From positions 47,251,741 through 47,315,740 of the forward strand of contig CM041465.1 of NCBI GenBank assembly GCA_023213395.1: a DNA stretch of 64,000 bases, in the 5' to 3' direction. The notes under the pieces are model-generated. The model was not told the DNA's origin, did not search any database, and worked only from the letters and a program-made list of their open reading frames with translations. This DNA comes from Cycas panzhihuaensis (lineage: Eukaryota > Plantae > Cycadophyta). Position numbers and translations under genes: made by a program. Numbering within the stretch: position 1 is the first letter of the stretch; each line of letters begins with the position of its first letter. Positions 10,572-22,699 of the stretch are shown here, piece by piece.

Positions 10572-13108
10572 TGAAACGCTGACCGCGGGGCAATGACCCA
10601 ACGTCTAGCAAGGAAGGGTATGAAAACACTATGCTAAGCAAGCTAGAAAGCGAGGATCATACCTCGCAGGCCGTCCGTGCGTCGGAGCGCTGCACGGATC
10701 GCAAGGTGCCTGGTTGCTTCGGTGGCGCAGTAAGGCGAGACCCTCCTACCCTTCGGATGGCCGGGAAGGGGAAAGGAACCTCGCGCGTCGCGGTTTCTCA
10801 AGGCAATGAGAAGGCGACGAGGGGGGCAACCAACCAAACGTGGTAAAGGTATGGTGTAAATGCGGTTAAGGGGTGCAAGCAAATGGGTCTTCTAATACTA
10901 CGGTGTGCGGGGTATAGTAAAAAAAGTACGAGTAAAGCAAATGTACAAGAAAAGCAAGCGTAAAGTAAATGATTCTTTCTTTCTCCTTTTCTTATGTTCC
11001 TTTAACTACCAAAATAAATGCAAGAAACGTAAGAGCACAAAAGAGAGTATGAAAGGCACGCGGGAAATACCTGGATCCGGCGTTTGGGCAGAGACGCAGG
11101 TTTCCCTCCACGGTTGCGCTTTCTCCTGCCGTCCTCCTCGTATACGACGTCGGTTGAAAGCGGTAAAGGGGGTTCACTTACCTCCCCGAAAGCAAACGAA
11201 GACCAACTAAACTGAAATAACAGAAAGTGAAGCTCAAAGCAAAATAAACGAAAGGAAGCGTACCATGCAAACGTCGACCGGCAATGGGTCGACCTTATGC
11301 GCCCTTTCGTTCCGAACACTCCTGCGAACAATCAAACAGAATACCCTCCTCTCGAGAGAGAGGCTACGAAGTACAGAAAGATATATATATATATAGAAAA
11401 AAGAAATAAACTAGGCTAGGAAGGTATAGTCAAGCGCTAACATGCAACAAAAGGAAACGAAGTCACACGACACATACGCAACTGTCACATACCACGAACG
11501 CACCAAATGGGACGGAGTGTAGCCTCGGGATGGCTAACTCACCCACGAGAGGTCTCCACAGGGTATAGGGAAGCGGATACTAGCATGTAACAGATCTGTC
11601 ATGAGCAACGGATAGCCTATGCCAAGACGGGTACTCAAACCAACTCTCCAAAGCTTCTCTAGCCCCGTTTCCTAAGCAAGTGTGGGAGATAAAGGGGGAG
11701 AGGATAAGGGATGGAACCCTTGGGGAATAGGACAGCACTGGGGAACGGAACCCCGCCTATCTCCCTCAAACCCTCGTGTAACCCTTTATGCCGGCTAGCC
11801 CAAGAAATGGCGAAAGAGAAAGGTTGGAGGAAAAGGATGAGTTTAAGGAAAAGCGAGAAGTGAGAGCCTAGCCTAGGGCAACACTCTAATAGGCCACGAC
11901 CGCTACGGTTATTTGCATCAAATGATCAAGGAAACTCAAGGAAATACATGCACAAAGAGAGGGAAAGATTTGCAAGTAAACAATGAACAAAAAATAAGCA
12001 AAAAGCACTTAACAAGGGACACTAAATACCTCCAATGGTGAGACATGAGAGCATGTAGGTCCTTGGAAGCTTGGTGCAGCGGTCCAACCAATGCCTATGA
12101 GGTGTTGTTGCATGTCCCTTGCAAGAGAATAAGGTGGTAGAGCCTCATGCAAGTCAAAAAGCTTGGAAATGGCTCTTTGCAATGGTCTTTCTTGGTGAAA
12201 AATCTTCTTGAAAGCCTTGAGAATGTATGAGGAGGAAGAGTGCTTGGAATGGAGCTCCGTAGGGGGCAGCAATGGCCCTGCAACTCCAGCAATAGCAGCC
12301 CTTGGTGCCTCTGTCCCACAGTTGTAGATGGATGTCTCTTATCACTGTTTATGTTCTTTGTCTCTTTGTGAAGAAAATGCTCTAGGAAACTTGAAAAGTG
12401 AAGTGAAGAAAAATGCAAATGAATGAAAAAAAGGTTTTTATGTCTTGAGTGAAGCAAGTGAACGTTGGGGGCCCTCGGGCGCCTCCAACCGTTGGGAGCC
12501 ACGCGGCAATTCCGCGAAAAATCGCCATCAGGCGTGCTTCTCTTTTTTAATTTTAAGCGATCGTCTGCGGCAAACTTGGCATCTGGAACTCCGCGATGCA
12601 GCTTAGTTTATCATGATGCGGACCAATCTAAAAGAGAAAATAATGTAGAAAATCAGGTTTTTAAGGTAAAACCATAGGCTAAACTCAAAATACATTAATT
12701 AAGGGCAAGTTTACGCCATGGGCAAGTACTCAAAGTAGTGCAAAAAGCCCTAACTAAGGGTCAAACCGGGCTTAAGAAGGGTTTACGACATAAGTGGCAT
12801 GCGGTAGCACGAATAAACAGGTTGGCAAAAGCATCCCAAAAGACCATGGAGACATCGTGAGTGGTTGTACGCCATACGGGGTGTCGCATTCGCTAATGAA
12901 TGCCCCCGCTGTGAGTCGTCATAGGCTAAGAGGTGCTGTCAGGCACATGCATTATGAACAAGCAGTCAAACAGGTGCATGTGGGCAGGCACATGTCAATC
13001 AAACCATTCTAAATTACTTCCGCAATCATAAGCAAGCAAAGTAAGGGCATATACCTGCACCCACTTGTGTCGATGTGTCGCAAGTCCATTCCCAATAGCT
13101 GGGAAACA
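10572..13108 (-). mobile_element. Young solo LTR E (2.54 kb), Ogre/Tat-like Gypsy
   Basis: TG...CA termini; perfect TSD GTAAC 10567-10571 / 13109-13113; CpG-rich compared with its flanks; no retroelement coding domains. Confidence 0.9.
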
Positions 13109-13113
13109 GTAAC

Positions 13114-14210
13114 TATCTTTACTAAAATTTAGTTTGATTCCTGCATCACCCAATTAATTGATAAAGAAAAGACTCATAGCCAAACCATAAATATGATATA
13201 CATTAAGAATAGTTTTAATCCTTCCATCCCTAAATCAAACCTTTACCCCAACATGGCATATGATATTATATGGGTGATGATTCCAAAGGAATACTTCACC
13301 TCCATTAATGCTTATATAGTCATAAAACCACTCCTTATGGGGAGTAACATGAAGTGAGGTACTAAAGTCAATTAAGCAAGACTTAACATTTGACATCTTA
13401 CCTTAAGACTGATAAATAAACATTACCATCAGTTTTATTTGAGGCCTTTATTATTATAGAAGAAGTAGATTTAAGTGACTTTCCCTTATCAACCTTGATT
13501 CTACATTGCCTGTTAATATAGCTAACGTTCCCACATCTCCAACATACCACTAGGCCTCTACCTAGAGATTTGAATATTTCTATTGATTTTGATTGTCTAT
13601 ACCTAAACCTTTGTTGGTCATAATCTAATATATAACATCTCACTGCTTATAATATTTTCATCTTGTCTCTTTTGATAATAAAGCAATATCAACTTTATCA
13701 AACTTTAGGTTAGCAGTAACTACACTATTTATCGCCATTACAAAGTTATCTAAGGAATTAGGAAGTAAATACAATAGGGTAATATACTTGTCTTCTTTAG
13801 AAATTATTACTCCAACTAAAATAAGTTGGCTTACGATTGGTGTTAAATACAATGAGATGATTTACAATCGTATCTTTATCACTCATCATGGGTGAATACA
13901 ATTATTTTCAAAGAATAGTTTATTAACTAGGGACTTTGTTTCATATAAAGACCTTAACTTATTCTATAGATCTTTGGCTATAGATTTTGAGGAAACATTT
14001 AATAATATTGTATCTAAAAGGCACAACCTTATGCAACTTATTACCTTTCTATCAAGCTTATTCTAGTCTTAACTAGCCATAGTTGTGGGCTTTATTTTTA
14101 CTATAATGATCGATTAATCCTTCTTAATAGGGATATTTTCCATCTTTAGCTTCCATAGCTCAAAGTTCTAGCTGTTAAACCTTTTAATCTATGTTTTTGA
14201 AGTGTTTGCA
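13114..14210 (-). pseudogene. gag: Copia B gag and protease (decayed)
   Basis: ORF-track fragments LLYLLPNSLDNFV and VCWRCGNVSYINRQC; NFELWKLKME-like N-terminus near 14140-14170. Confidence 0.8.
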
Positions 14211-14651
14211 TGGTCTTGATATATATGTTCATCAGATAAATCTCCCACTCACTAAATGGCTCCCATAGAACTAAAATCATAGATCTTCTACCAAATGTAG
14301 AGAAAATAATTAAGAGGAATAACACAATAACAAAACTTGAAATAATAATAAAAGTGAATAAATAAATCTAAGTATACAGACAAGGAATAATCAGAGATTC
14401 AAGTCTAAGCATAGACCATTTTATTAATCTGAGCAATATCTAAAGAATTATAGAGAGACCCTAATTCTCTACTCATTAGTATATCCAACCTTTTTATATG
14501 TCTTATTATAGAAGTATATGTTGTTAGAAAATATGGCAACAATGTTTTGGAGGCAAAATTTTTGATAGGTTGGTAATGTGATTTCCCCCCAAAACTTCCA
14601 TGGGGGAATCTAAGGGAGGTGGGAGCCCCGTTTGACCAGGGGGTGCAAGGG

Positions 14652-17600
14652 TGACCAAATCAATGACGAGGTAAATCTACTTGAAGAGGTAGTTGTACTC
14701 ATTGCAGATGAAGGAAGGTACAAAAATTACTAATCATTTAAATATTTTTAATACTCTTATTTGTCAGTTAGCTAGTATTGATGTCACGAATGAGAATGAG
14801 GATATGGTTGTTACCTTATTATATTTATTACCAAAGTCTTGGTATAACATTATTACATTAATCAATTTTAACACTCCAGATGAATTAGACTATAATTTTG
14901 TTATGAGTGCTTTACTAATAGAAGAGGTGAGGAGGAAGTCTAGTCTCAAAACCTCCACACTAGAAGTTATGATAGCAAGAGGTAGAATGATTAAGAGAGG
15001 ACAAACCTCCAAGGATACATCAAGGTCAAAATCAAAAGGCAAGAAGGGTAAGCTTATATGTTGGAACTATAATAAGATAGGTCATCTTAATAAGGATTTC
15101 TACAAAAGGAAGGAGTTCTAGAAAAAGGAAGATCCTACCAAGGAGGCTAATCAGGTGGAGTCGAATCAAGGTACAAATGATAATGTCTTAGTTTACACCA
15201 CATATATCCATACAAGAGTTGGTTTTTATTATATCAACCTCTTAATAGTAATGATGTACTTATAGGAAATGAAGTTTTCTATAAGATAATAGGCATTAGT
15301 AGCATCAAAATTAAAATGTTCGATGGTGTAATAAGAATATTAACTGAAGTTGGACATGTACCTGATCTAAAAAGAAATTTAGTTTTTTTGGATAAACTAG
15401 ATTCTAATGGTTATAAGTACATAGGTCATGAAAGAGTCTTGAAGGTGTTAAAGGGTGCATTGGTTGTTATAAAAGCTTTAAAGAAAGGAAACCTTTATAT
15501 TTTGGTAGGAAGTACAAATGTCAGTTATACAGCTATAGTATTAAAGACTGTAAAAGATCCAACTCAGTTATAGCATCAGAGACTTAGCCACATAAGTTAA
15601 ATAGGACTTAAGGTGTTGATAAACTATAAGTTACTTCTTAACTTGTAACTTTCAAATCTGACTTTTTAGAAAGTAGTGTAAACTCATATTTAAAGTAGGG
15701 AGTCACACTAAAAAAGGTGTTCTAGATTATGTATATTCAGATATGTGGGGACCAACCCCTATAATATCTTATAGAGGATCGTTGTACTTTATCACATTTA
15801 TAGATGATTACTCCAAAAATATACGGGTATATTTTTTAAAAAGGAAATCTAAAGTTTATAGTATGTTCAAGTAGTTTAAAGCTCTAATTAGGAAGACCAT
15901 TGGTAGGCCAATCAAATGTTTAAAAACTAATAATGGAGGTGAATTTAACTCTTTAGAGTTTGAGAACTATTACAGAGAAGTTGGAATTGAAAGGCATAAG
16001 ATCACCAACTTTACTCTACGATAGAATGGCATAGCTGAGTACATGAACATGACACTCTTGGAAAGAGCAAGAAGCATGCTGAGTAATGTAAGAGTGGAGC
16101 AAGGCTTATGGGCAAAATCTATTTACATAACTTGTTATTTGGTAAAAAGGTCACCATCACTTACAATAAACTATAAGATTCTTGAAGAGGTATGGGCTGG
16201 ATATCCATATGACTATTCAAATTTGATAGTTTTTTATTGTGATGCTTATGTCTAATAAAAGTCAACGTTTAATATTAGACCCAAAATCTAATAGAAGTAT
16301 CTTTGTTGGTTATGGTGATAGAGATGGTGTGAAGGGATATAGGTTGTGGGATCCTACTTCCCATAAAATCATCATGAACAGAGATGTTATATTCAACAAA
16401 TCTCCTTTTTGAAAATCAGATAGGATAGAAATTAAAATGAAATAGGAGTAGAAAGTTGAACATCAATGGGTCAAGCTTGAGACCTAGCTATCTTTAGAAA
16501 TGGAAATGTAAGAAGAGCTTTCTAAAGATGAATTTGTAGTTGATTTATAAGAGTATGTGGATACTCCTCTACCAATTATTAGAAGATCTATACAAGTTAG
16601 TCATCCACTTGATAGCTATAGCCCTTCTATTTCTATTACCTTGGTTTTTAATTATGGTGAGACTATATGCTATCAAGAAGCATTAAATAATATCCATAGT
16701 GAGAGGTAGAAGAGGGCTATACAAGAAGAGATAGATACTTTGAAGAAAAATAATTCATGGGACTTGGTAGAACTTCTACATGGCAGGAAGACTCTTGGTT
16801 AAATGTGGGTTTTCAAGAATAAAATAGATGTTAATGGAAAGGTTGATAAATATAGGGCAAGACTGGTGGATAAAGGCTTTGCACAGAAAGTAGGTATTGA
16901 TTTTCATGAGATCTTTTTATTAGTTATTAAACTTATTTTAATTCAAGTTCTATTAGTACTGGTAACTTTTCTTAATTTAGAGTTAGAGTAGTTAGACGTA
17001 AAAATAACTTTTCTGCATGGATATTTAAATGAGGAGATCTATACAGATCAACCAGAAGGGTTTGTATAGGATGGTAGGAAAAGACTTATTTGTAGGTTCA
17101 GGAAATCATTGTACAACCTAAAGCAATGACCTAGGCAATTGTACAAGAAGTTTAAGACCTTCATAGATAGCCAAAATTTTAAAAGAAGTGAGTATGATTA
17201 CTATGTTTACTTTAAATTCTTGGATAATGGATTATTCATTATCTTAGTATTATATACTAATGACATATTAGTTTCAAGAAAGAGTATGGAAAAAATCAAC
17301 AAGTCAAAGGATCAATTAGCTAGGACTTTTAATATGAAGGATCTAGGAGCTGCAAAATAAATCTTAGGCATGGAGATACATAGAGACAAGAAAAATGGTA
17401 AGCTATGGTTATCACAGTAGAAATATATAGAGAAGGTGTTAACTAGATTTGGTATAGAAAATGTGAAACTAGTGAGTGTCCCATTGGCTTCCTATTTCAA
17501 GCTTTCTTCGAGTATGAGTCCTAGTAATGAAGAAGAAAAGGATTATGCATCTTATATACCTTATGCCAATGTGGTAAAAAGTTTGATGTATGTCATGGTA

Positions 17601-18220
17601 TATACAAGACCAAATATTTCACATATAGTCAATGTAGTTAACAGGTTTATGGTAAATCCAAGAAAGGAACATTAGGCAACAGTGAAATTGGTGCTTTGGT
17701 ATTTGAGGGGTACAAGCAACTATTACATCACCTTTGGTGGTACATGTAATAAGGTTTATGGATATGTTGATTTAGACTTTATAGGAGATTTATATAAGAG
17801 AAGGTCTACTTTAGGTTATGTGTTTACTCTTGTAAATGGTCCAATTAATTGGATGCCAAAATTATAGAGTATAATTACATTATTGACTACAAAAGTAGAA
17901 TATATTACTGTAGCATATACTTGTAAGATAGCAATCTAGCTGTAGGGTCTATTGGTTAAGCTTGGAAAGAAACATGAAAAAGGTAAAGGTATTTTGTGAT
18001 AGTCAAAGTTCCATTTACTTAGCAAAGAATCTAGCTTATCATAGTAGGATAAAGCATATTACTCTTAAGTACCATTTTATTATATAGGTTATGGAAGCAG
18101 GTGGAGTGGCACTTGAGAAGGTTAACACAAAATAAAATTGTGCTGACATGTTCATAAAACTAGTACTATTGGAGAAGTTCAAATGGTGTTTGAGTTCTCT
18201 TGGCTTACAAAAAAGGTAAT
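14652..18220 (+). pseudogene. gag-pol: Copia D gag-pol (decayed)
   Basis: ORF-track fragments LYSLQMKEG, CWNYNKIGHLNKDF, TLLERARSML, YRARLVDKGF, FNMKDLGAAK, YTRPNISH, KRRSTLGYVF. Confidence 0.92.
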
Positions 18221-18267
18221 AAATGGTCCAGGAAAGGTATCAGGTAAATTATTATAAAGATGGAGAT

Positions 18268-18900
18268 TATTAGATAATATGATAACAATATTTTGAAGGC
18301 AAAAATTTTGATAGGTTGACAGTATGGTTTCCCCCCTAAACTTCAAGGGAAACATCTAAGAGGGCAAGAGTCCCCCTTAACTAGGGGATGTAAGGAGTGA
18401 TGGAACCCTCCCTACAAAGAGGGGGTTTAGGGGCAATAGCCCTCGACCCAGAAAGCTAGCACTATAAAACATATGAAATTGTAAAGAGAATCGAGGTTGT
18501 TTCTTTAAAATACCCTAGATTTGATGGTCAAGATTTGTGCCTTATATGACTCTCTCATATAGACTGATTTAGAGAGTTTTCTTATCATGTTGATGGTATT
18601 TGATGTATTAGATATACTGTGAGGAATATGATAGCTAGTTATTATTGTTATGAGCTTTCTGCTGTAGATTATGTACATTTCTCTATTCTTAGATAATAAA
18701 GATCAATATCTTTCTTGTATGGATGTTTCTCTACCATACTACTAGGGTTTTACCATGTTATATCTACTGTATATATGATTCTTTGGCTTTTTGATTTATT
18801 TATTACATGTTAAATTTTAGTTTCAATTCTTGTAATTAGTTGCAAAATAGTTTAGATCTTGGTGGTGATTTCTAGTTATTGGGACCTAGTTTTCTCAATA
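18268..18900 (+). repeat. 3' LTR of copia D (633 bp)
   Basis: TATTAG...CAATA (decayed TG...CA) following the PPT; homologous to 14522-14650 and, in reverse, to 54381-54990. Confidence 0.85.
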
Positions 18901-19122
18901 TATGAATTTTATAAGATATTGCCTTATAATTTTACAAATACAATGGGTATAAACTATGGGCTATAAAAGACCCCCATAAGACACCAAAATTTTTTATTAA
19001 GGGCTCCCACCTCTAAACCATAACTTGGGGTATCACTATCCTCTTAAGCCCTATTAACTAAGGGACCTTCAATAAGCCCTTGAACCCCACAAAGAGGTTC
19101 AAGTGTAATGCATATACCTCTA

Positions 19123-21753
19123 TGAGAATGCTCCTGTTGGGGGTACTTAAGATAACAAACACCACTAGGTGCTAGATTTAGGGTGTGAAACCTAGTATTA
19201 GGGTGTGATGGAGTCATAAGTTGCCTACATAGGGTACTCATGCACCATGAAGATATGGATTCAGGAATGCACAAGTATATTCTCTTCTTCTTTACTTAAG
19301 GATTTAAAAAGGAGGGGACCATAGTTAGATAATCCCCCTTGATAAGGGGCTAACATGGCAAAAAAAAAGGAAAATAAGGATGGAAGAAAGGGCAAGAGAG
19401 AGAGAGAATAGATAAATAAACCCAAACCCTCTTAGTTAGGCAAAAGGGTATGATATGGTTTTATTCTAATACTATGTAAGAATAATAATAACAAGAAGGG
19501 AAAGAAATAAAGAGGAGTATAAAATAAGTAAAGACCTCACTCTTTTTCCTTTTACCACTCTTTTCCCTCTTCCTTTCTAGAAAAATAAAGAAACATATAA
19601 AGGAACAAAGAAAGGGCACAAGAGCAACAAGGGAACCTCGCTCTCTTTGCCTTTATCTCTCTTTTCTCTCTTTATTCTAAAAAAGGGAAAAAGGAAGTTG
19701 TATGCTAATCAAGAGGAACAAATATGGATGAAATAAAGAAAGGGAAAAATAAAGAGAAAAAAAGGAAGATGCCCTTCTCCTACATGTAACTCTAGCTCAA
19801 TATCCCCTTATCTTCAATATTTCTTTTACTAAATGAAAAGGAAGAGAAACCTATTTCTTTTCCTACAAAATAATTTTCTTCTTATTTTGTGCAATACAAG
19901 ATACTCCTCCCAAATCCTTATTCCCCCCCTTTAATGATGATGAAACTAATATGAGCAAACTATGAAAAGAGAGAAGGAATTCTTTATAAATGGAGGTGTG
20001 GGATGAGAACAATGACAAGAATATAAAAAGGGAAGGAGTAAAGAGTAAGTGAAGTATACTTAAATTCAATAGGTGGTCAAGGATGTCCCTCCCCCTCGCC
20101 TATCTTTATCCTTTTTCTCTAATGGTCATGTTACTAGTTGAAATAGGATTATAGGGGTTCCACTTACTCGCTCCAAATAAATAAGAGCAACTAATAGAAA
20201 GTAAGCATAGGAAAATGTAAAGGAATATATGTAATAAGCTAGCATAAAACATGGACAATGCTCACCTTACAAAAGTGCACCTTCTCCAAACCCTAATGAA
20301 AATGGAAGAGGGTTGCTCCTTCTTATGCCTATAAGTTAGATCTAAAAGGAAGGCCACCCTAACAATCCTTCAACAAATCTACTTGCATAGAAAAAAAGAG
20401 TTAATTAATATATGTGATTAGGGAACATGTATGCAAGCATGTGCAACATATAGGAGAATGGTAACAAAGAAATGAAGATAAAGCAAGGAGAGGAAAAGCA
20501 CCTCAAAATAGAGTGATCGCCTTACAAGGGTAGTTCCCTTAGTTGTGTTAAGAAAAGCCTCTCTGACATGCACATGTAAAACAATGGGAAATATATGGAA
20601 AAGAAGGGAAGGAATGACCAAGTGAATCCAAACCTACCTTTAACTATTACAACTAAAAGAAAGGCTACCAAATCCCTAAAAACCCTAGCTATACAACAAA
20701 GAAACAATGAAGCAAAGATGAGAAAGATGAGAGGACGTCTAACAAAATAACAAACCAAGGTTGGATGGGGGATGCCCAATCTAATGGAGAAGAAGGATGT
20801 GATGGTTGTCCAATGTAGTGCTCTCTAATATCCTTTTACTTGTGCTAGGTTAGATCTCCACTTCTTCACCTTAGCTTCTTAAGCATGCAAGTTATGTTAA
20901 GTGTAGAAGGGTTGTCATGATAGAAATTCAACAGTATTTTAGTATGGAAAGAAGAGTAAAAGATGATAGATCTATACCCTCAAAATGGCGTGCTTTTATA
21001 GGAAAAAGTAAGGTGAGGGGGAGGTTGTTTCATTCCCATAAGGTAGAGAAACCACCACCTGAAACCAAGGTAGGAGCTAAGGAGAGAAGCTCAAATACTC
21101 ACAAAATTTGAATACAAAGTTGGTTATAAGGTCTAATGGGAGTTTCCAAGGGTTCAACAAGCTATTTTAGGTAAATATGGTATGACAGGTCCACCTAACA
21201 AGGTAGCAAAAAAGTCACTAGACCATTCAGAAGGTAGTTAGGTAAGTTAACAATTATATTGTAGCCAAATTTATGGTACTGTAGATTTGGTCGATATTAC
21301 AAATTACTCCATGGTACTATTTTCTATAGTAGAAATGGATATGGGATGATAATAGAAAGGGAAAACAAGTCCCAAAACCAGTCCTAAGGGCACTCTAACT
21401 CCTAAAGACAAACCTCAAGGTCTAAAACGATGAGTGATCGATGGGTGTAAAAGGAAAACGAGGCTAAAAGGATGAGGACGAGGCTAAAAGGCAAGTTGTA
21501 GGGCCATGGGGGAGGTCCCTTTTTCCAACTAATGGGTTAACTAGGGGGCTCTAAGGCCATATGACTGGAGTCCTAGTCATCATAAGCAAAAATAGTAGAC
21601 ATAAGCAACTAAAATATACAAACAAGCAGACATCTAACAATCAACAAAATGTATTTTATAAGGGCAATATGAGCAATGTGATGGAGGTGAATATGTGTAC
21701 CTAAAACTTACTAGTCTTTCCATGTTAATGCCATTCCCAGGAGTAGAGAAATA
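19123..21753 (-). repeat. F LTR copy 1 (3'-most)
   Basis: Colinear with the other two copies; adjacent PPT (rc AAGGGGGTAG, 21754-21763); minus-strand TATA CCTATAAAAG ~20992-21002. Confidence 0.9.
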
Positions 21754-22699
21754 CTACCCCCTTAGCAGTATAACCTCTTCACTCGAAAACTAAAAGATGG
21801 TGAATTCTACCAACACAAATGATGTGAGATAAAACTAAATAATTAAACATGTATGTGTGATAAGTGGTAATAATGTTTATCATAGTGATGCCTCATTAGT
21901 AGACGGTAGGAGATGCACTAGCCATGGGGAAGGGAATGGGTTGTTGACATGACCAAAACTTCAACTAATGACCAGACACCCAAAGTAAGTGTAAGCAAGG
22001 GAACTACCAATCCAAGGGGTTTCCTTAGTGATAAGTTAAAGGAAGGGCAAATGACCAAGGGGTTGCCTTGGTGGCAAGACATAAAAGGGGCAAGAAGGCC
22101 CATGAAGAGGGGCTCAAAATCTTGAAAGCTCCTCAAATAGGTGAGGGGAATGCCCTATGAATACTTACGGAAGAAGGAATCACCAATAAAAGAAAAGAGG
22201 AGTGGTCACCATAGTTTAGCCTCATCAACGGTTGAGGTTTAAAGGTTGGAAGAGAGTCTAGATGAAGCCCAAATTGACTTGAAAATGGGAATCAATGTAT
22301 CCATGTGATTCCAATGACTATAAACCATTATAGGGTCTAAGGCGAGTACCCTAGGAACAAAAAGGTCCCCCAGGGAAAAAAGGGTGTAAAGGTTACACAC
22401 CAAAAAGGGAGGAAAATAAGGGCCTAGAGGCTAAGAAGGGAGATGACCCTAAAGAGAAAAGAGATGATGCTAAAACTAAGAATGTAGTAATAGAATTAGA
22501 ATGGGCAAAGTGTATAAGGTAAGGGGATCTTTCCAAAAAAGAGCCCTATATAATCAGGTTAGTAAGTTTTATTTTTATAATTCCCTATAGAAATTTTAGA
22601 AATTTACTTATGCCCTTATATTTTCTCCCATGTTTACAATCTTACCAAAGGAGATCTAGCGATTAGATTAGTGAGTAGAGGGAGTTATCTAACATTAAG

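Larger units (their letters stand above)
14522..18900 (+). mobile_element. Tork-like Ty1/copia element D with deleted 5' LTR/PBS region
   Basis: TSD TATGT 14517-14521 / TATGA 18901-18905; first ~130 bp match the start of the 3' LTR (18268-18900); PPT AAAGATGGAGAT 18256-18267. Confidence 0.9.

Noticed and set aside
10631-13012. Multiple short ORFs in the GC-richer block as a host gene
   Set aside because: Inside a TG...CA, TSD-flanked solo LTR; overlapping ORFs on both strands with no recognisable domain
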